The notes: a model not told the origin generated them from the letters alone. DNA of 64,000 nucleotides from Chiloscyllium plagiosum (GCF_004010195.1 NC_057718.1:5933110-5997109); one strand, 5' to 3'; positions 24,475-37,489 are shown, counted from the first letter of the stretch. Program-made: numbers and translations.

Positions 24475-25140
24475 GATGTGGCATCCCGTCACTAGGTCAC
24501 CCTTTATTTCTTTGTGTACTGTACACTGATTGTAGCCAGCCAGCTTGGAGTCAGTCCTCAACTGAGGAGATTCTAATCTCCCAACCTTTTTTTCTTTTCC
24601 TTTCAAGTACACTGGTTGTGGCCAGGCAGCTCGAAGTCAGTCTTCAAATTTTCATCTCTTGATTATATATTTTTTTGAACAATGCACTTGGCTCTGGCCA
24701 ATCAGCTCGAAGTCAGTCCCTGAACTGAGGAGATTATAAATCTCCGAGTTATACTTCTTTTTTTCCCATCAGTGCCAGTGGCTGCAGCCATCCAGTTCAG
24801 GAAGCAGCTTGAACAAACAGCGGTACACATTGGCTGCAGCAGCACAGCCAGCACAGAAATCAGTTCTCCAGTAGTACACACTGGATATGTGACCAGCCAG
24901 CTCAGAGTCAGTCCTCTGAATTGAAGAGATTCTAAATCCCCTGGTTAGATTTTGTTAATCAAATCATCCTTTATTTACTACTGTAACGTACACTGTCTGT
25001 AGCCAACCAGCTTGGAGTCAGTTATCAACTGAGGAGATTCTAATCTCCATTTTTTTCTTTTCTCGTACATGTGGTCAGTCAGCTCAGAATTAGTCTTTAA
25101 ACTGAGGAGATCATAAATCTCCTGGTTATAGTTTTTTCCT
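24475..25140 (-). repeat. Gypsy-LTR-related sequence with ~8 degenerate tandem 60-110 bp units
   Basis: Starts with atcccgtcactaggtcaccctttat, the reverse complement of the LTR at 33290-33315. Repeated tacactg..g.cc..ccagct..gagtcagtcctcaactgaggagattctaatctcc units. Confidence 0.75.
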
Positions 25141-25220
25141 TTTTCATTAATTTACTTTTCTTTTCAATTGTCCACAATATAATAAGGGACAATTCCTGAA
25201 CTGAATTGAAATGAATTGAA

Positions 25221-26198
25221 ACTGCCATTCCTAGATGTCACAGTAGAGTGAACAGCCAATGGGGAATTTCAAACAGAAAAACAACACATACGGACCAAAT
25301 ACTGAACTACAGAAGCAATCATCCCAACACCCACAAATGAAGCTGCATCAGAACATTATTTCAATGAGCCAACACACAATGCAGCACAAAAGAGCTACGC
25401 AGAGCAGAGGAAAATCACCTATACCATGTATTCAAAAAGAATAGGGACCCAATGACCACAGTCCACCGATTTCTCAGCAACAAACTCAAACAAGCAGACA
25501 AGACATGTCCAAAAACCCTAGCCACTCTCCCCTACATCAAAGGCATCGCAGAAATGACTGCCAGAATACCCAGACCCCTTGGCATCATGGTAGCCCACAA
25601 ACCCACCTACACACTAAAACAGCAGCTAATGAACTTGAAAGACCCTATACAGACAACGAGCAAAACTAATGCCATTTACAAAATACCGTGCAAGGACTGT
25701 AACAAACACTACATTGGACAAACAGGCAGAAAACTAGCCACCAGGATACATGAACACCAACTAGCCACAAAAAGACATGACGCTCTTTCACTAGTATCCT
25801 CACATATGGATGAGGAAGGACACTGCTTCGACTGGGACAACACATCCATCCTAGGACAAGCCAAACAAAGACACACAATAGAATTCCTAGAAGTATGGCA
25901 TTCCAACTGGAACTCTATCAACAAACACATCGAGTTAGACTTCATCTACCACCCCCTGAGAAAAGGAACAGAAAGTGATTTCACCACAGGAAATAACATC
26001 ACCACAGGGAATGACATCATCAACCCAAAGAAACCCAATCATATAAATAGAAAGCAGGAATTTTCAGCATTGCTTCACATGAGGTCCACTGAAGATGTTA
26101 CCTAGATAACAAAATGTCTGGAAATGAACCTTTCAGCTCAGTGAGCAAACCTATATCCAAAACCTCAACCTGAGCTACAAATCTGCTCAAAACTCACT
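25221..26198 (+). mobile_element. 5'-truncated Penelope-like element (GIY-YIG region plus pLTR)
   Basis: LPFLDVTV, TLPYIKG, NAIYKIPCKDCNKHYIGQTGRKLATRIHEHQ (ORF 25452-26105). TSD atgaattgaa at 25211-25220 and 26199-26208. Damaged hammerhead motif at ~26087-26120. Confidence 0.92.
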
Positions 26199-26199
26199 A

Positions 26200-26815
26200 T
26201 GAATTGAATTTATTGTCACGTGTACCGAGGCACGGTGAAAAGCTTTGTCTTGCGAGCAATACAGGCAGATCACAAAGTTAAGTAGCGTAGATAAGTAAAT
26301 AATAGGTAAACAGCGGCCAAAACAAAAACACAAGTACAGGTGAATGTTAAGAGTGTTTGAGTCCATTCGGTATTCTAACAACAATAGGGTAGAAACTGTT
26401 TCGAAACTGGCTGGTGCGTGTGTTCAGGCTTCTGGTAAAGGTTGTATTTGCCAGGGTGGGATGGATCTTTTTGAATACTGGTGGCCTTTCCTTGACAGTG
26501 GGCTTGTAGATGGATTCTAAAGATGGGAGTTTGGTCTTTGTGATTGTCCGGGCTGAATTCACCATTCTCTGTAACCATCTCCGATCTTGAATGGTACAGT
26601 TGCCATACCAGGTAGTGATACATCCAGACAGAATATTCTCGATGGCACACCTATAAAAGTTGGCAAGGGTATTCGCCATCTTGCCAATCTTCCTCAGCTG
26701 CCTAAGGAAGAAGAGACATCGTTGGGCCTTTGTAACCAGTGCGTCCACATGAAGAATCCAAGAAAGCTTGTTGTGGATGACCACAACACTCTCCACTCTT
26801 TTCACCTCTATGTTG
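26200..26815 (-). mobile_element. Rex1/Babar-type LINE 3' fragment
   Basis: KAQRCLFFLRQLRK..TLANFYRCAIENILSGCITTWYGNCT.QDRR.LQRMV; (attca)n tail. Confidence 0.8.
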
Positions 26816-26974
26816 TTAATGTGTTAATGTGAATTAAGGGCATCTGGACAATGATGGCTCAGTACTTCCAAACGGTGTTAACCTTGATATCCCTCATAAA
26901 TGTATTTTTCAACACAGCCACTTTTTTGTCTTCCTTTACTATTCTTTATATTTCTGCAATAAGTACACAGACGC

Positions 26975-27365
26975 TGGTATCCCGTCACCAAGTCCCCCTT
27001 TCTTTAACATTCCTGATGAAGGGCTTATGCCCGAAATGCTGATTTTCCTGCTCCTCCTGCTTCTCGGATGCTGCCTGACCTGCTATGTTTATCCAGCACC
27101 ACATTCTCAACTCTGATCTCCAGCATCTGCAATCCTCACTTTCACCTCGCTCAGAGTCAGTCCTCAACTGAGGAGATTCTAATCTCCAGGTTATTTTTTT
27201 TTGCATAGTACACTGGCTGTGGCCAATCAGCTCAGAGTCAGTCCCTGAACTGAGGAGATTATAAATCTACTGGTTATGTCGGTCAGCCAGGTCTTTCCTG
27301 ATTTGACCAAGTTAACAACCCTAATCAAGGATCTAATAATCAACAAGACCAAGTTGGTTACAATC
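26975..27365 (-). mobile_element. Gypsy-type LTR fragment interrupted by a family-C hammerhead element (27010-27148, plus strand)
   Basis: ctggtatcccgtcaccaagtc matches LTR 33297-33318 in reverse. The insert begins ttc-CTGATGA-a-gggc-ttat-gccc-GAAA-tgct. Confidence 0.75.
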
Positions 27366-27829
27366 ATTTCTTTAAGAATACTTTAACAGATACTGAGAAA
27401 TACTCCAGTGTATGTTTAAAAGCTTTAATTGCCCATTAGTTTAGTAAGCAAACAATAAGCCACATAAAATGCATTTGCTTTTTTTAACAACCTCTTTAAG
27501 AGTAGAATGGTTCTTAGATCAAGAGAGTACCTGCTGACCTAAACCCATCATTAGCTTTTGAAACTCAGCCAAGCATCCTATCACTTACAGCTATCATGCC
27601 AAATATGTACAACTATATTGCCTGAAACAGAATCCAATTTGTATTTCAAATCAGGTGCCCGTCAGTTACAAGGGAGGAACAAAATGACCTTTCTTTTCTA
27701 TTTTTAATAGTAGCATTTATTGACAGCTAGAGCTGTTAATTGGTTTAAATGGTGGCTCAAATCATGACAGTAGAGACTGGCACATCAAGGTTTCTTCATT
27801 TTTAATTCACTTTGGCAGTGAGAATTCTA

Positions 27830-28445
27830 TGGTTTTAAGAGGTAAACCTTGTCCTTTTCTTTATGAAGAACGGTTGAAAGATGGTGAGCAGTACTCTCAG
27901 AGCCGATAAAGTAAACAGCTGGTGAGGGCTTTGGTTTTTTTTAAAAGTCGGAACAATCGAAGCAATCGGAATGGGTGGGGTCAAACTCCCACAGAAACAG
28001 AAGGTTTAGGTTTAGCTTTCCGCAGTTACTGGGGTCTTGAAGCTGGATGTGGAAGCTCTTAGTTCTCTCCCTGTTACAGGTAAAAACTGGGTGCCTCTTC
28101 CTGCCCTGAATTGCCTCTGAGACAATCTGTTTTACCGAATTTGCCTTTGCCAAGGGTGTGTTTATGGGATATTACTACATTAGAACAGCTAATTAGTAGA
28201 AGTTAATATATGTATTATTTTGTTAAGCATTTCAATAGAGCTACTGTTCAGCCAACTGTTTTATTTGATTTTTATTTTGTCTGTGTTTTAACGGTGGTGT
28301 AAAATTAAAGTGTGCTTGTTTAAAGTTGAGTAGTTTGACCAATCGAATTGCATCTGGAACACAACGTCTTATATTTTCCTTTAAAATAAGAAGACGTCAG
28401 GGTCCTGCTTATCTTCTTTGAGGGGGTTTGGTCTGGTCCGTAATG
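27830..28445 (+). mobile_element. Probable solo LTR fragment (Gypsy-like)
   Basis: Non-coding, attaaa signal, ends gagggggtttggtctggtccgtaa. Recalled similarity only; no TSD found. Confidence 0.35.
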
Positions 28446-28688
28446 TTAGCACTTTTGACAATTCAAAAACTACTACAATGCATGATGATAATTGTACAAA
28501 GTCTGTCAGTGTAAATGTCGTTGTCTGATGGAGTGACAGGATGAATCATTGGATAGAGCACATGCCTACATTGAAAACCAGGCTAAATATTACAGTTGAG
28601 GGAGCAGGATTTTTTAAACATGTCATTCCAAGTATTACCAACTCACCAGCAAGTTTTACCAGGTAGTCTCAACCTTTCCAAGACGTAC

Positions 28689-28744
28689 ATTTTTAAGGTT
28701 TACAAAATTCCACGCCAACACATAAAGATACCCTCTCGGAGTTA
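28689..28744 (-). CDS. Candidate exon E3: (L)TPRGYLYVLAWNFVNLKN
   Basis: tatgtttgtatgtactgcag| acceptor and AAT|gtacgt donor. 56 nt, only one open frame (phase 1 to 0), joins E4 in frame. Confidence 0.5.
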
Positions 28745-29157
28745 CTGCAGTACATACAAACATAGGAATTAGGGGCCACTTGCCTCATGAAGCCTCCTCG
28801 ACAATTTAATTGTTTTGTTGATCTGATAAGTCCTATTTCCTATCAAACTATAAGATGTAGAGCAGAAGAAGTCCATTCAGCCCATTGAGTCTGTTGCATC
28901 ACTCAATGAGATCATGGCTAATCTAATAAACTTCGACCCCACTTTCATGCCTATCACTATTACTCTCATTCCTTTACTGATTAAAATCTCAGTCCACCTC
29001 AGCCTTATTTTCCATTTTTAATTCCTCCCACTCACTTTTGTAATAAGTGTAACACATTTAGCTAGCTAGACATTGGAGAATATGAGTTCCCTGATTGGGG
29101 CTCTGAATCTGGTCCAATGAGAGAGCTGTGTTTGACAAATAAGAACAGGAGTGTTAA

Positions 29158-29420
29158 ATGGCGGACCCTTTATCGACTATTGCTGCACAATGTCCATCTC
29201 TTTTCTCTCAACCACCGCCCAGACATGCCTTGGTGTGCCCATTTGCCACCAAACGGTGGGGATCCCCAGTGGAAGACTCTTTACGTGGGAGTCCTCCCCC
29301 TTTCTCTCAGGGATCTGTGGTGGGCAGTGCTGCACGCAGCAGTCCCCTGCGACAGCAGTTTGCGGTGGTTCACGGACTCCCAGCCCAACCGTTTGTTCTG
29401 TGGTGCTATGGAATTATTGG
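29158..29420 (+). mobile_element. L1/Tx1-type LINE ORF2 C-terminal (zf-RVT) fragment
   Basis: PQWKTLYVGVLPLSLRDLWWAVLHAAVPCDSSLRWFTDSQPNRLFCGAME. Confidence 0.7.
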
Positions 29421-29553
29421 TAACCTGCCTTTCCCTGAGTCACCAGATTCTAAAACAGTCCAAGAATTGAGGGATTTGAGTTAAGGAATATTACAAGTCA
29501 AAGCCTTTACTAATACTGAGATGCTATCACTTTAACTAAGCAATTCGAGAACC

Positions 29554-29683
29554 AGGCGAAAGTGAGCACTGCAGATGCTGGAGATTAGGGTGGAGTGTGT
29601 GGTGCTGGAAAAGCACAGCAGGTCAGGCAGCATCCGAGGAGCAGGAAAATTGACATTTCAGGCAAAAGCCCTTCATCAGGAAA
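29554..29683 (-). mobile_element. Family-C short hammerhead element
   Basis: Minus strand: ttc-CTGATGA-a-gggc-tttt-gcct-GAAA-tgtc, then ctgctcctcggatgctgcctgacctgctgtgcttttccagc. Confidence 0.8.
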
Positions 29684-32600
29684 TTGAGAACTGGGTAAAT
29701 CCACGTCATGATTTTTAACTAAGTTAAGATGATTGACAGAGGCATCTGACTTTGGTTTAAGCCTTAATGAGACGCTGAGTGACTGTTTGATAATTGAGAT
29801 TAATGGTGTGAATGTACAAAAGTGCCCAATAGCTGTAGCCCAGATGGACATCAAACAAGCACTACAGCTGGCTTTATCATTGGAGAAAGTAGCAAGTGGA
29901 GCATGTGAGTTGTAGACTCTCGCCAGGCCGACCGAGCTTGGGGAACACCGCTTGAGTGAAGGCGGTTGCACAGCCTCACTCAGGACATATCCTGAGCAGA
30001 GGGAGTCTCGGTCAGCCCACAGCAAAACTCCAAAACAAAGCCAAGCTTCAGCCAAATGGTTAAAAGTATTTTTCAGGATCCAGGCTGGAGAGTTTTTGTA
30101 GTTGCTGCTGGAATGAGGACTTGAGACAGCAAAAGAGACTCACTAGATTAAATTGAGTAAAGGAAGTTAGAAGCTGGTGTCCGGGAGAGTGCACACACTG
30201 GAAAGTTCACTTACATCTGATTTGAAACAGTTAAGTTGCATAGCAATATCCAAATCAGAACCAATCAAAATAAATGTCTGATTAAATGGTCACCCGGTTC
30301 TAATGGAGGTCAATACTAGTGCAGCCAGTTCAGAGATTGCTGAACTAGTCTTTAACTGAATTCCCTCTGGATTCCAATCTGTAAGTTTGCCAGTTGACCA
30401 GGAAGCAATTCCATGATTCTGCAAGGTCCACCCAGTGCTATTTGTCTTAGAGACAAAAGTGGAGGCAGAAATCAGGAAGTTGGAAAGTGAAGGCTTCATC
30501 AAACCAATGTGGTGTGAGGAATGGACAGCACCTGTCATACCAATTGGGAGCCCAATGGGCTAGTTCCCCTTTGTGTGGATTTTAAATTAATGATAAACTG
30601 CTTCTCACAGCTGGATAAATACCCAGTCCCTCACAGAGAGGATTTATACACAGAGCTGGCAGGGGGAGCTGTCCTTCAGGAAGCTGGACATGAACCATGT
30701 GTCCATGCAATCCATCAGGGTTTGTATAAATATCCCAGACTGTCATCTGGGGTATTGTCAGCCTGTGCAAGTTTTCAGCAGATGATGGAGAACATTTTAT
30801 AAGGTGTACCCCAGGTCACCATTTATCTAGGTAACAAGGAAGACCAGTTAGGAGCATTTAGAGAACTTGGACATAGCCCTTAGGTGTTTGTCCCAGGCGA
30901 GTGTATGCCTTAGAAGGGAAAAATGTGTATTCCAGGCCCCACAAGTGGCCTACTTGTGTGACAGAATCAACAAGACCAGGTTATACCGGTGGAAGATAAA
31001 CTGAGGGCAACCAAAGGTGCCCCAGTTCCCACATCAGTACAACAGTTTAGATTGTCCTCGAGCTGGTGAATTATTGCGGAAAGTTCACACATAACCTGGC
31101 CTCCATCCTGGCACCTTTGCATCACCTCCTAAAAAAGGGGTCAGCCTTAGAAATGGTCACGTAGCCAAGCTATAGCTTTCAGGGAAGAGAAGAAACAGTT
31201 ATCATCCTCGAAGGTGTTGGCACATTATGATCCCAAGCGAGATCTGGTATTGATATGCGGTGCCTCTGCATGTGGCATCAGGGTAGTATTTGTTCATAGG
31301 TGGCCCAATAGAGAGGAACACCCAATAGTGTATGCATCCAGGACTTTGGCTAATGCAGGGTGTAAATATGTTCAGATAGAGAAGGAAGGTTTGGCGGTCA
31401 TACTTAGAGTCAGGAAGATCCAACAATTTACTGATGTAGATTTGTAACAATAATGGACACAAACCCCTGCTAGGTCTATTTAAGAGGACATGGCAGTACC
31501 ACCCATAGCTTCAGACCAAATTCTATGGTTGATCCTAATACTAAGTCATAACAAGTTGGAACATTGTCCAACAGGCAAAGTAGCAAATGCTGATACATTG
31601 AGCTGCCTCTCACTGGCAGATACACAACCGATGGTACGGCCACTGGAAGAGTCTGTAATGGTTCACATTTTCTGGACACACTTCCAGTCACAGCTGACAA
31701 TATCAGACTTCGGAAGCAGAAAGTTCCAATCCTGGACAAATTGAAGCAGCTGGTGGTGATGGAGAAACCAAAGGGCGGTCAAAACCAGAATTGAAACCTT
31801 TCTGGACCCGAAGAAATTAGATCACATGTTATTATGGAGAGCAAGAGGGATTGTCCTGAGCAAAGGTGTCACCACACACTGGCTGAACTCCACCGGGGGT
31901 GGGGAGGAGGGAGGCTCCAGGGGTTTCCAAAATGGAAATCTTGGTGAGATGTTATGTCTGGTGGCTAGGATTGGATGGAGACATAGCTGCATTGGTGGGG
32001 GCAATACCCAGAGTGCCAGCAAGGTCAAACGTTGCCACCAGCTGCTCCCCCACATTCGTTGGAATGGTTGGGTAAACCCTAGACTCAGTTACACATTGAC
32101 TGTGCAGGCCCTTTCATGGGCTCAATGTTCTTAATCACTGTGGACGCCCACTCAAAGTGGCTGGACATGTACGAGTTCATTCGTCAAACATGGGGACAGC
32201 GATAGAAAACCTGCACGCAATTTTTGCAATACACATGCTCCCGGAATTGTTGGTCATGGATAACAGGCCATCATTTACCAGCAGAGAATTTGAATATTTC
32301 CTAAACTCAAATGGTATTCAACATATAAGGACAGCTCTATACCATCCATCATCCAATGGTCTGGCACAAAGAGCAGTCCAAACTTTGAAGGACGGCTTAA
32401 AGAAACAGCCTACAGCTTCACTCAATACCAAACCATCCCGGTTCCTGTTTGATTATAGGGCCACCCTTCAAGCAACAACAGGGACAGCTCCAGCAGAGTT
32501 ACTAATGGGGAGAAGACTCCACTCCAGGTTAAATCTGATCTTCCCGGCCTTGGCTGGGGAGGTGAGTGAAACAGCATCAGGAACACCAATGCTGGACACA

Positions 32601-34070
32601 CAACTCTGTTAAGTGAGGGAGATAGTTTACTTCAGGGGACAAAGTTTGATATCAGAACCATAGGAATGGCCCTGCATGGATTGAGGCATGGTCAATGTGA
32701 GGTCATGTGCAGTGGCATACAAGGTTCGGGTAGGTCCTGAACTAGAACACGGACCATATGAAAGCTGCAAACTTGCAACAGTGTGAATTCAAACTGTGAC
32801 CAGTTCCTTGACAGTCTTTCTGACTGTTTGAGAACCTGTGGGCCCTCCCTCTCAGTCAAGTGCTGAAGATACCTCAGATTCTGAAATTGACACAGTGGAC
32901 GTCACCACTTTGATGCCTTTACTGCCAGAAGAGGAGAATGAATTTCTTCCGAGACACTCCAGGCAGAAAAGGCAAGCTATGGTCTGGTACATACCAGCCA
33001 CATCCGAGGCAGGGTTGGAGGAACCCGATCCAGTGCCAAAACACCCGCAGGAGGTGCTACAGTAATAGGACAAGCCTATATCCTCTGACTCAGTGTGGGG
33101 GATGCAGTGATTGTAGTGAGATCAGCCAGGGGACTTCATAGAATATGAGTTTCCTGATTGGGCCACATTAACAGCCCCAATCAGGGAGCCCTGACTGACA
33201 GATACAAACAGGAGCATCAGAGATTCTGTTCACTCTGAGAGCTGGCTCTGAGAGAGCTGGGTCAGTGTCAAGGACTCTCCATGTGTAGATAAAGGGTGAC
33301 TTGGTGACGGGATACCAGCCTGTGTGGAATTATTTCAGACTGAAACAGGAAAAGGGCTGTTTTAAAAACCAAGGACTGAGAAAAGATTACTGCATTTTTT
33401 TAAAAAAGCATATCACTTGCAGCTCATTATGAGTATTTTTTACACTGCTGTTTGTTCAAGCAGTGGAGGAAGTTACTGCAGCCAAGAACAGACCAGCAAC
33501 AGGTAGCTGATTGGTCTGTGGATTGGTGACCAGTTGTCTGTGACAAAGGCCTTCTGCCTGACAACAACGATGTGATAGGCTCCCTAGTTGCTGAACAGCT
33601 TGTGGATATGAATGTTTTGTCAGTAACTATCAGACCTCGCGAGGGGAAAGAGCTATTTCTGCTCTTGCAATTGAAAACACATCAAGCTAAAAGATAGTCA
33701 GTTTATTTCCATATACCATTTGCTGTAAGCTGTGACTCTTAATCAGCAAAACAGAGATTTTATACATGTGAGCCAGTCACTCTGTACCTTCTGCACGCAA
33801 GTGAAAGAGAAGAAAACTCAAGGATCAGCATGCCCTGACAAACCAAGAAGTTCATCTCAGTAAACCCTATAAACAGGGACCAATGAACTACTTTCCCCGT
33901 CTTTTCCTCCATCTATAACACCCACTTGTTTTTGTGTCTCTATCTGCATGTGTGTGCAAGGGGAAGTTTAAAAGGGGGTTAGGGTTTTAACTAGTAGTGT
34001 TAAATGTCCATGTGTAATAATCATTTACCTGTAGTTAAAATCTACTAATTTTTAATAATTGTCATCCTTC

Positions 34071-34678
34071 TGTGGAAAATATGCTTGTGAAAAATGTAAG
34101 TGTTCCTTCTGCAAGAGGCTTGTAAAAATAATAAATTTTGTGTCAAGTATAAGGCTCAGTGCTGCAGAAACCACAATCAGAGGCCATAAGGCTCAGTGTG
34201 GACCATCGGGAATGGAATGTTGCCTTAGCAAACACGTACACGAAACCACAAACAGGGTCATAAGGCTCAGTGTGGGGGAGAAGTGTTGAGCTAGCAAGCA
34301 TGTACACAGTTTGCAGCAACAAGGGATGCACGCTAACAAAAGACCACAAAACAGCCAAGCTAACATCTGCACTTTGTCACGTGTAAGGCCAAATAAAGGC
34401 AAGAAATAAACAAGAGTATGGGGTGACAGGCTTAGAATAGTGGGAGAAGTAAACAGAGGAGGAGTGAAGTGGGTTGGCTTATAATAGGTTTGACGCTTTG
34501 CATGGTAAACCAATAAGCTAAAAGACCGAGAGACTTAGCTGAACTGCATAACTTGCGATGTAACATGTTAATTGGGGTGCCTACTTGTCACCCATTCTTA
34601 TAAGAATGTTGTAATAAATACCTGCTTCGGAATTTGACTGCGACTGAAATTATTGAAGAGTGAGAGCCATTTCTCACA
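34071..34678 (+). mobile_element. Solo LTR (608 bp), TG..CA, 4-bp TSD
   Basis: Termini tgtggaaaat/atttctcaca; TSD cttc at 34067-34070 and 34679-34682; three ataaggctcagtg repeats; ttataa (~34598) and aataaa (~34613). Confidence 0.8.
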
Positions 34679-35606
34679 CTTCTTATTGCAGAAATCTGGT
34701 CAGTATTTTCTGTCAACCTGGGACCAATGGGCAGGAAAATTGAGTAATTTTACATACTTCCATAAAATCTTTCAACTTTGTGATGATTCTGAGAATAGTG
34801 GAGCTTGATTTCTCGTGTGTTTCCCAGGGAGGTGTGATAGGATAATGAAGAACAGCCAACTCATGGATTATGAAGAGAACAGTGACCTCTGAAAAATTAG
34901 GATGCTGACCAATAAGAATGTATGAACTATAGAATATGTTGGAGTAGTGATATGTTGTTTATGTAGTTTTCCAGAGAATTGGGTTTGTTATCCCGTCATA
35001 ATAGTTTAAGAATTTGAATTCTGGAAAGGAAATTGATATCACTCAAAGCATCCACAAAGCTGTAAGATTGTTGTTAAAAAATCCAATGGGTTCACTCATG
35101 GCCTTTGGTAATGGAAATTGACAGGCATTATTCGGATTGCCCAATACGTGACTCCAGTCACGCACTACTGTGGTTGATTTTAAGTGATCTAGCAAGACAT
35201 TAGGATGGGCAATAATTGCCCCAGTGATACTTAAATGCCAAGAATGTTTATACAATGAGAATATTATGTCTGAATAGCCCTTGGCATTTCAATCATTACG
35301 CTAAAAGCATGGTAATTCAAAACATAGTAGGCCATATTTATATTGAATAGAGTACAAGTAAATTTTGTTTTAATAATATAGAACAATTGCAAAACTACCA
35401 ATTAAAGTTAATGGAGATAAATCATAATGATTTCTCATTCATAATGAAAAACAATTTTAAGTAGCAAAGCCAATATTGTAGCCTCCGGTGCCATCAATAT
35501 AACTATAATCCTCTTTATATTGAACTAGTTGCTGTCAGGCAGACAAGTCAGGAAGATCCTGCCTGGTTTTATGTTACACAATTTTTATTCAGAAGAACCA
35601 GTGTTG

Positions 35607-35762
35607 GAAATGATGACTGACCTTCCCTGATCTACCCACATGCTGAAATGATGACTGACCTTCCCTGATCTACCCACATGCTGAAATGATGACTGACCTT
35701 CCCTGATCTACCCACATGCTGAAATGAGACTGACCTTGCCTGATCTACCCACATGCTGAAAT
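35607..35762. repeat. 38-bp minisatellite, 4 copies (gaaatgatgactgaccttccctgatctacccacatgct)
   Basis: Three identical units plus a fourth with two changes. Confidence 0.95.
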
Positions 35763-36129
35763 TGAATTACATGAGGTACAATTAGCAAACAGTTCATGAC
35801 CTTGTCTGTAAGGATTAGATTCATGGACTGCAGCAGTTCAAGAGGGCAGCTCACTACCAACTTCTGAAGAGCAATGAGGGATGACCAATAAATGCTGGCC
35901 CAGCTAGTGAAGCCCAAATTCCTAAAGTATTCTTGAAAAGAGCCTAAATATGTTGTAATTATAGGTTCCAGTTTCAATTTGACTAAAAATGAATACATCT
36001 GAAATACACTCATTGATCAAACTGTCCTTTAAAATGCTAAGAATCGGTCTTTCAGATGAAATGTTAAGCCAAGATCCTGTCTTCCACCTCACACATGGAT
36101 GCAAATAGTCCCATGACATTACATTCAAG

Positions 36130-36830
36130 CGTTCATGTGTGGAATGAACTTCCAGAGGAAGTGGTGGTTGCAGCTACAGTTACAATGTTTAAAAGACATT
36201 TAGATAAGTACATGAAGAAGAAATGTATGGAAGGTTAGGGGCCAAGCGCTGGCAGATAGGACTCGTTTAGTTTGGGATTATGGTGGACATGGGCTGGATG
36301 GACTGAAGGGTCTGTTTCCATGCTATATGACTCTATGACACTAAGACCTCTTCCTGGTCTCCTCCCTGGTTAGCCAACACAGTCAAACTGAGTTGGAGAG
36401 ATTCAATGATGAAGAGAGATTGGACATATTTGGGGTTGTTGTCCTCAGAGAAGAAGAGATTGAGAGATTGAAATATATAAAATGATGAGGAGCATAGATA
36501 GGGCAGACAGGAAGAAATCTTTCCAGTTGGTGGAGGGATCAATCACCAAGGACATAGATTTAAGGCAAGGGGCAGAAGGTTTCGAGGGGATGTGAGGAAA
36601 AATGGTGGGAATCTGGAATTCACTGTCTGCAAAGGGTGGGAGAGGCAGAAACTCTCATCACATTCAAGAAGTATTTAGGGATGCATGTTTGATGCTAAGG
36701 ATTACAAGGCTTTGGGCCAAGTGTTGGAAAGTGGGACTAGAATGGGGTGCTTGTTTTTGGCCAGCACAGGCCTGATGGGTAAAGGGCCTTTTTCTGTGCT
36801 GTAGACCTCTGTCACTCCATGACTCTATCT
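36130..36830 (+). mobile_element. Two CR1 3' fragments
   Basis: tggaatgaacttccagaggaagtgg...(ctatga)n tail; gaagagattgag..ctggaattcactg..gggccttttt tail. Confidence 0.75.
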
Positions 36831-37489
36831 GACCATTTATCGCATTAAATTTTGAAATCCTGATGTGTTCAAACTGATTTTGTTATAACAGTAATGATAT
36901 TTAGAGAGTTCTTAGCTAGCTACAATGCACGCTGGGAAGCCTCGATACAAGGAGCAGCACGAATGAAAACAAATTTTTGTTAAGCCATTTTCAAGATCAA
37001 CAGTCGACAATGTCTAGACTGGTTACCAGTCAAAATCTATCCTTTGATTGGCTGCTACCCTCCAAACTTTATATTGTTTCACTGTAACCCTTTTTATTGT
37101 CTATTTTATTATTGTTTCCTTAACATTCTCCTCTAGTTCCTGCCAAGTTTGAAATGTGTTCTTTTTCAAGATGGACCCTCTTTGTATTGAGACTGGGCTA
37201 AAATCCAGGCTCATCTCAGTCTCCTTTTCTAGGTCACTTTAGTCTCTTAGGACCTCTAAAGCAACACCTCCTTCAACTTCTCTCCCCTCCTCAATAAAAA
37301 GAATCATTAAAACCAAGTTTATAGTATATGCACTATATACTATATAGTATATGCACTTTTGAATGTTCCTGTCTTTTCTCTACAGCTTAACAGCGGTGAG
37401 GCATGACTTAGGATGTGTGGCTTGGAAAAGTAGACTCCAAGGCAAGAGTGTAAATGATATGTGGAACGTGTTCAAGGGGGTGGGTTAGT

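Larger units (their letters stand above)
29039..33337 (+). mobile_element. Decayed Ty3/Gypsy LTR retrotransposon (gag-PR-RT-RH-IN)
   Basis: PR LNGHPVLMEVNTSA; RT LCVDFKLMIN..DKYPVP.REDL and GLYKYPRLSSGV.SA.ASFQQMME; RH LAHYDPK..CGASACGI..PIVYASRTL..YVQIEKEGLA; IN DNRPSFTSREF..TALYHPSSNGLAQRAVQTLK..APAELLMGRRL. Purine-rich PPT then 3' LTR TG..CA at 33103-33337. Partial diverged 5' LTR at 29039-29157. Confidence 0.9.

Noticed and set aside
24562..24582. CTGAGGA plus hairpin in LTR array units as a hammerhead
   Set aside because: No GAAA or NUH follows the hairpin, so the core is incomplete.
24510..25130. CRISPR-like repeat/spacer appearance
   Set aside because: Units are long and degenerate, spacers are low-complexity T tracts, there are no cas genes, the context is vertebrate and the sequence is LTR-derived.
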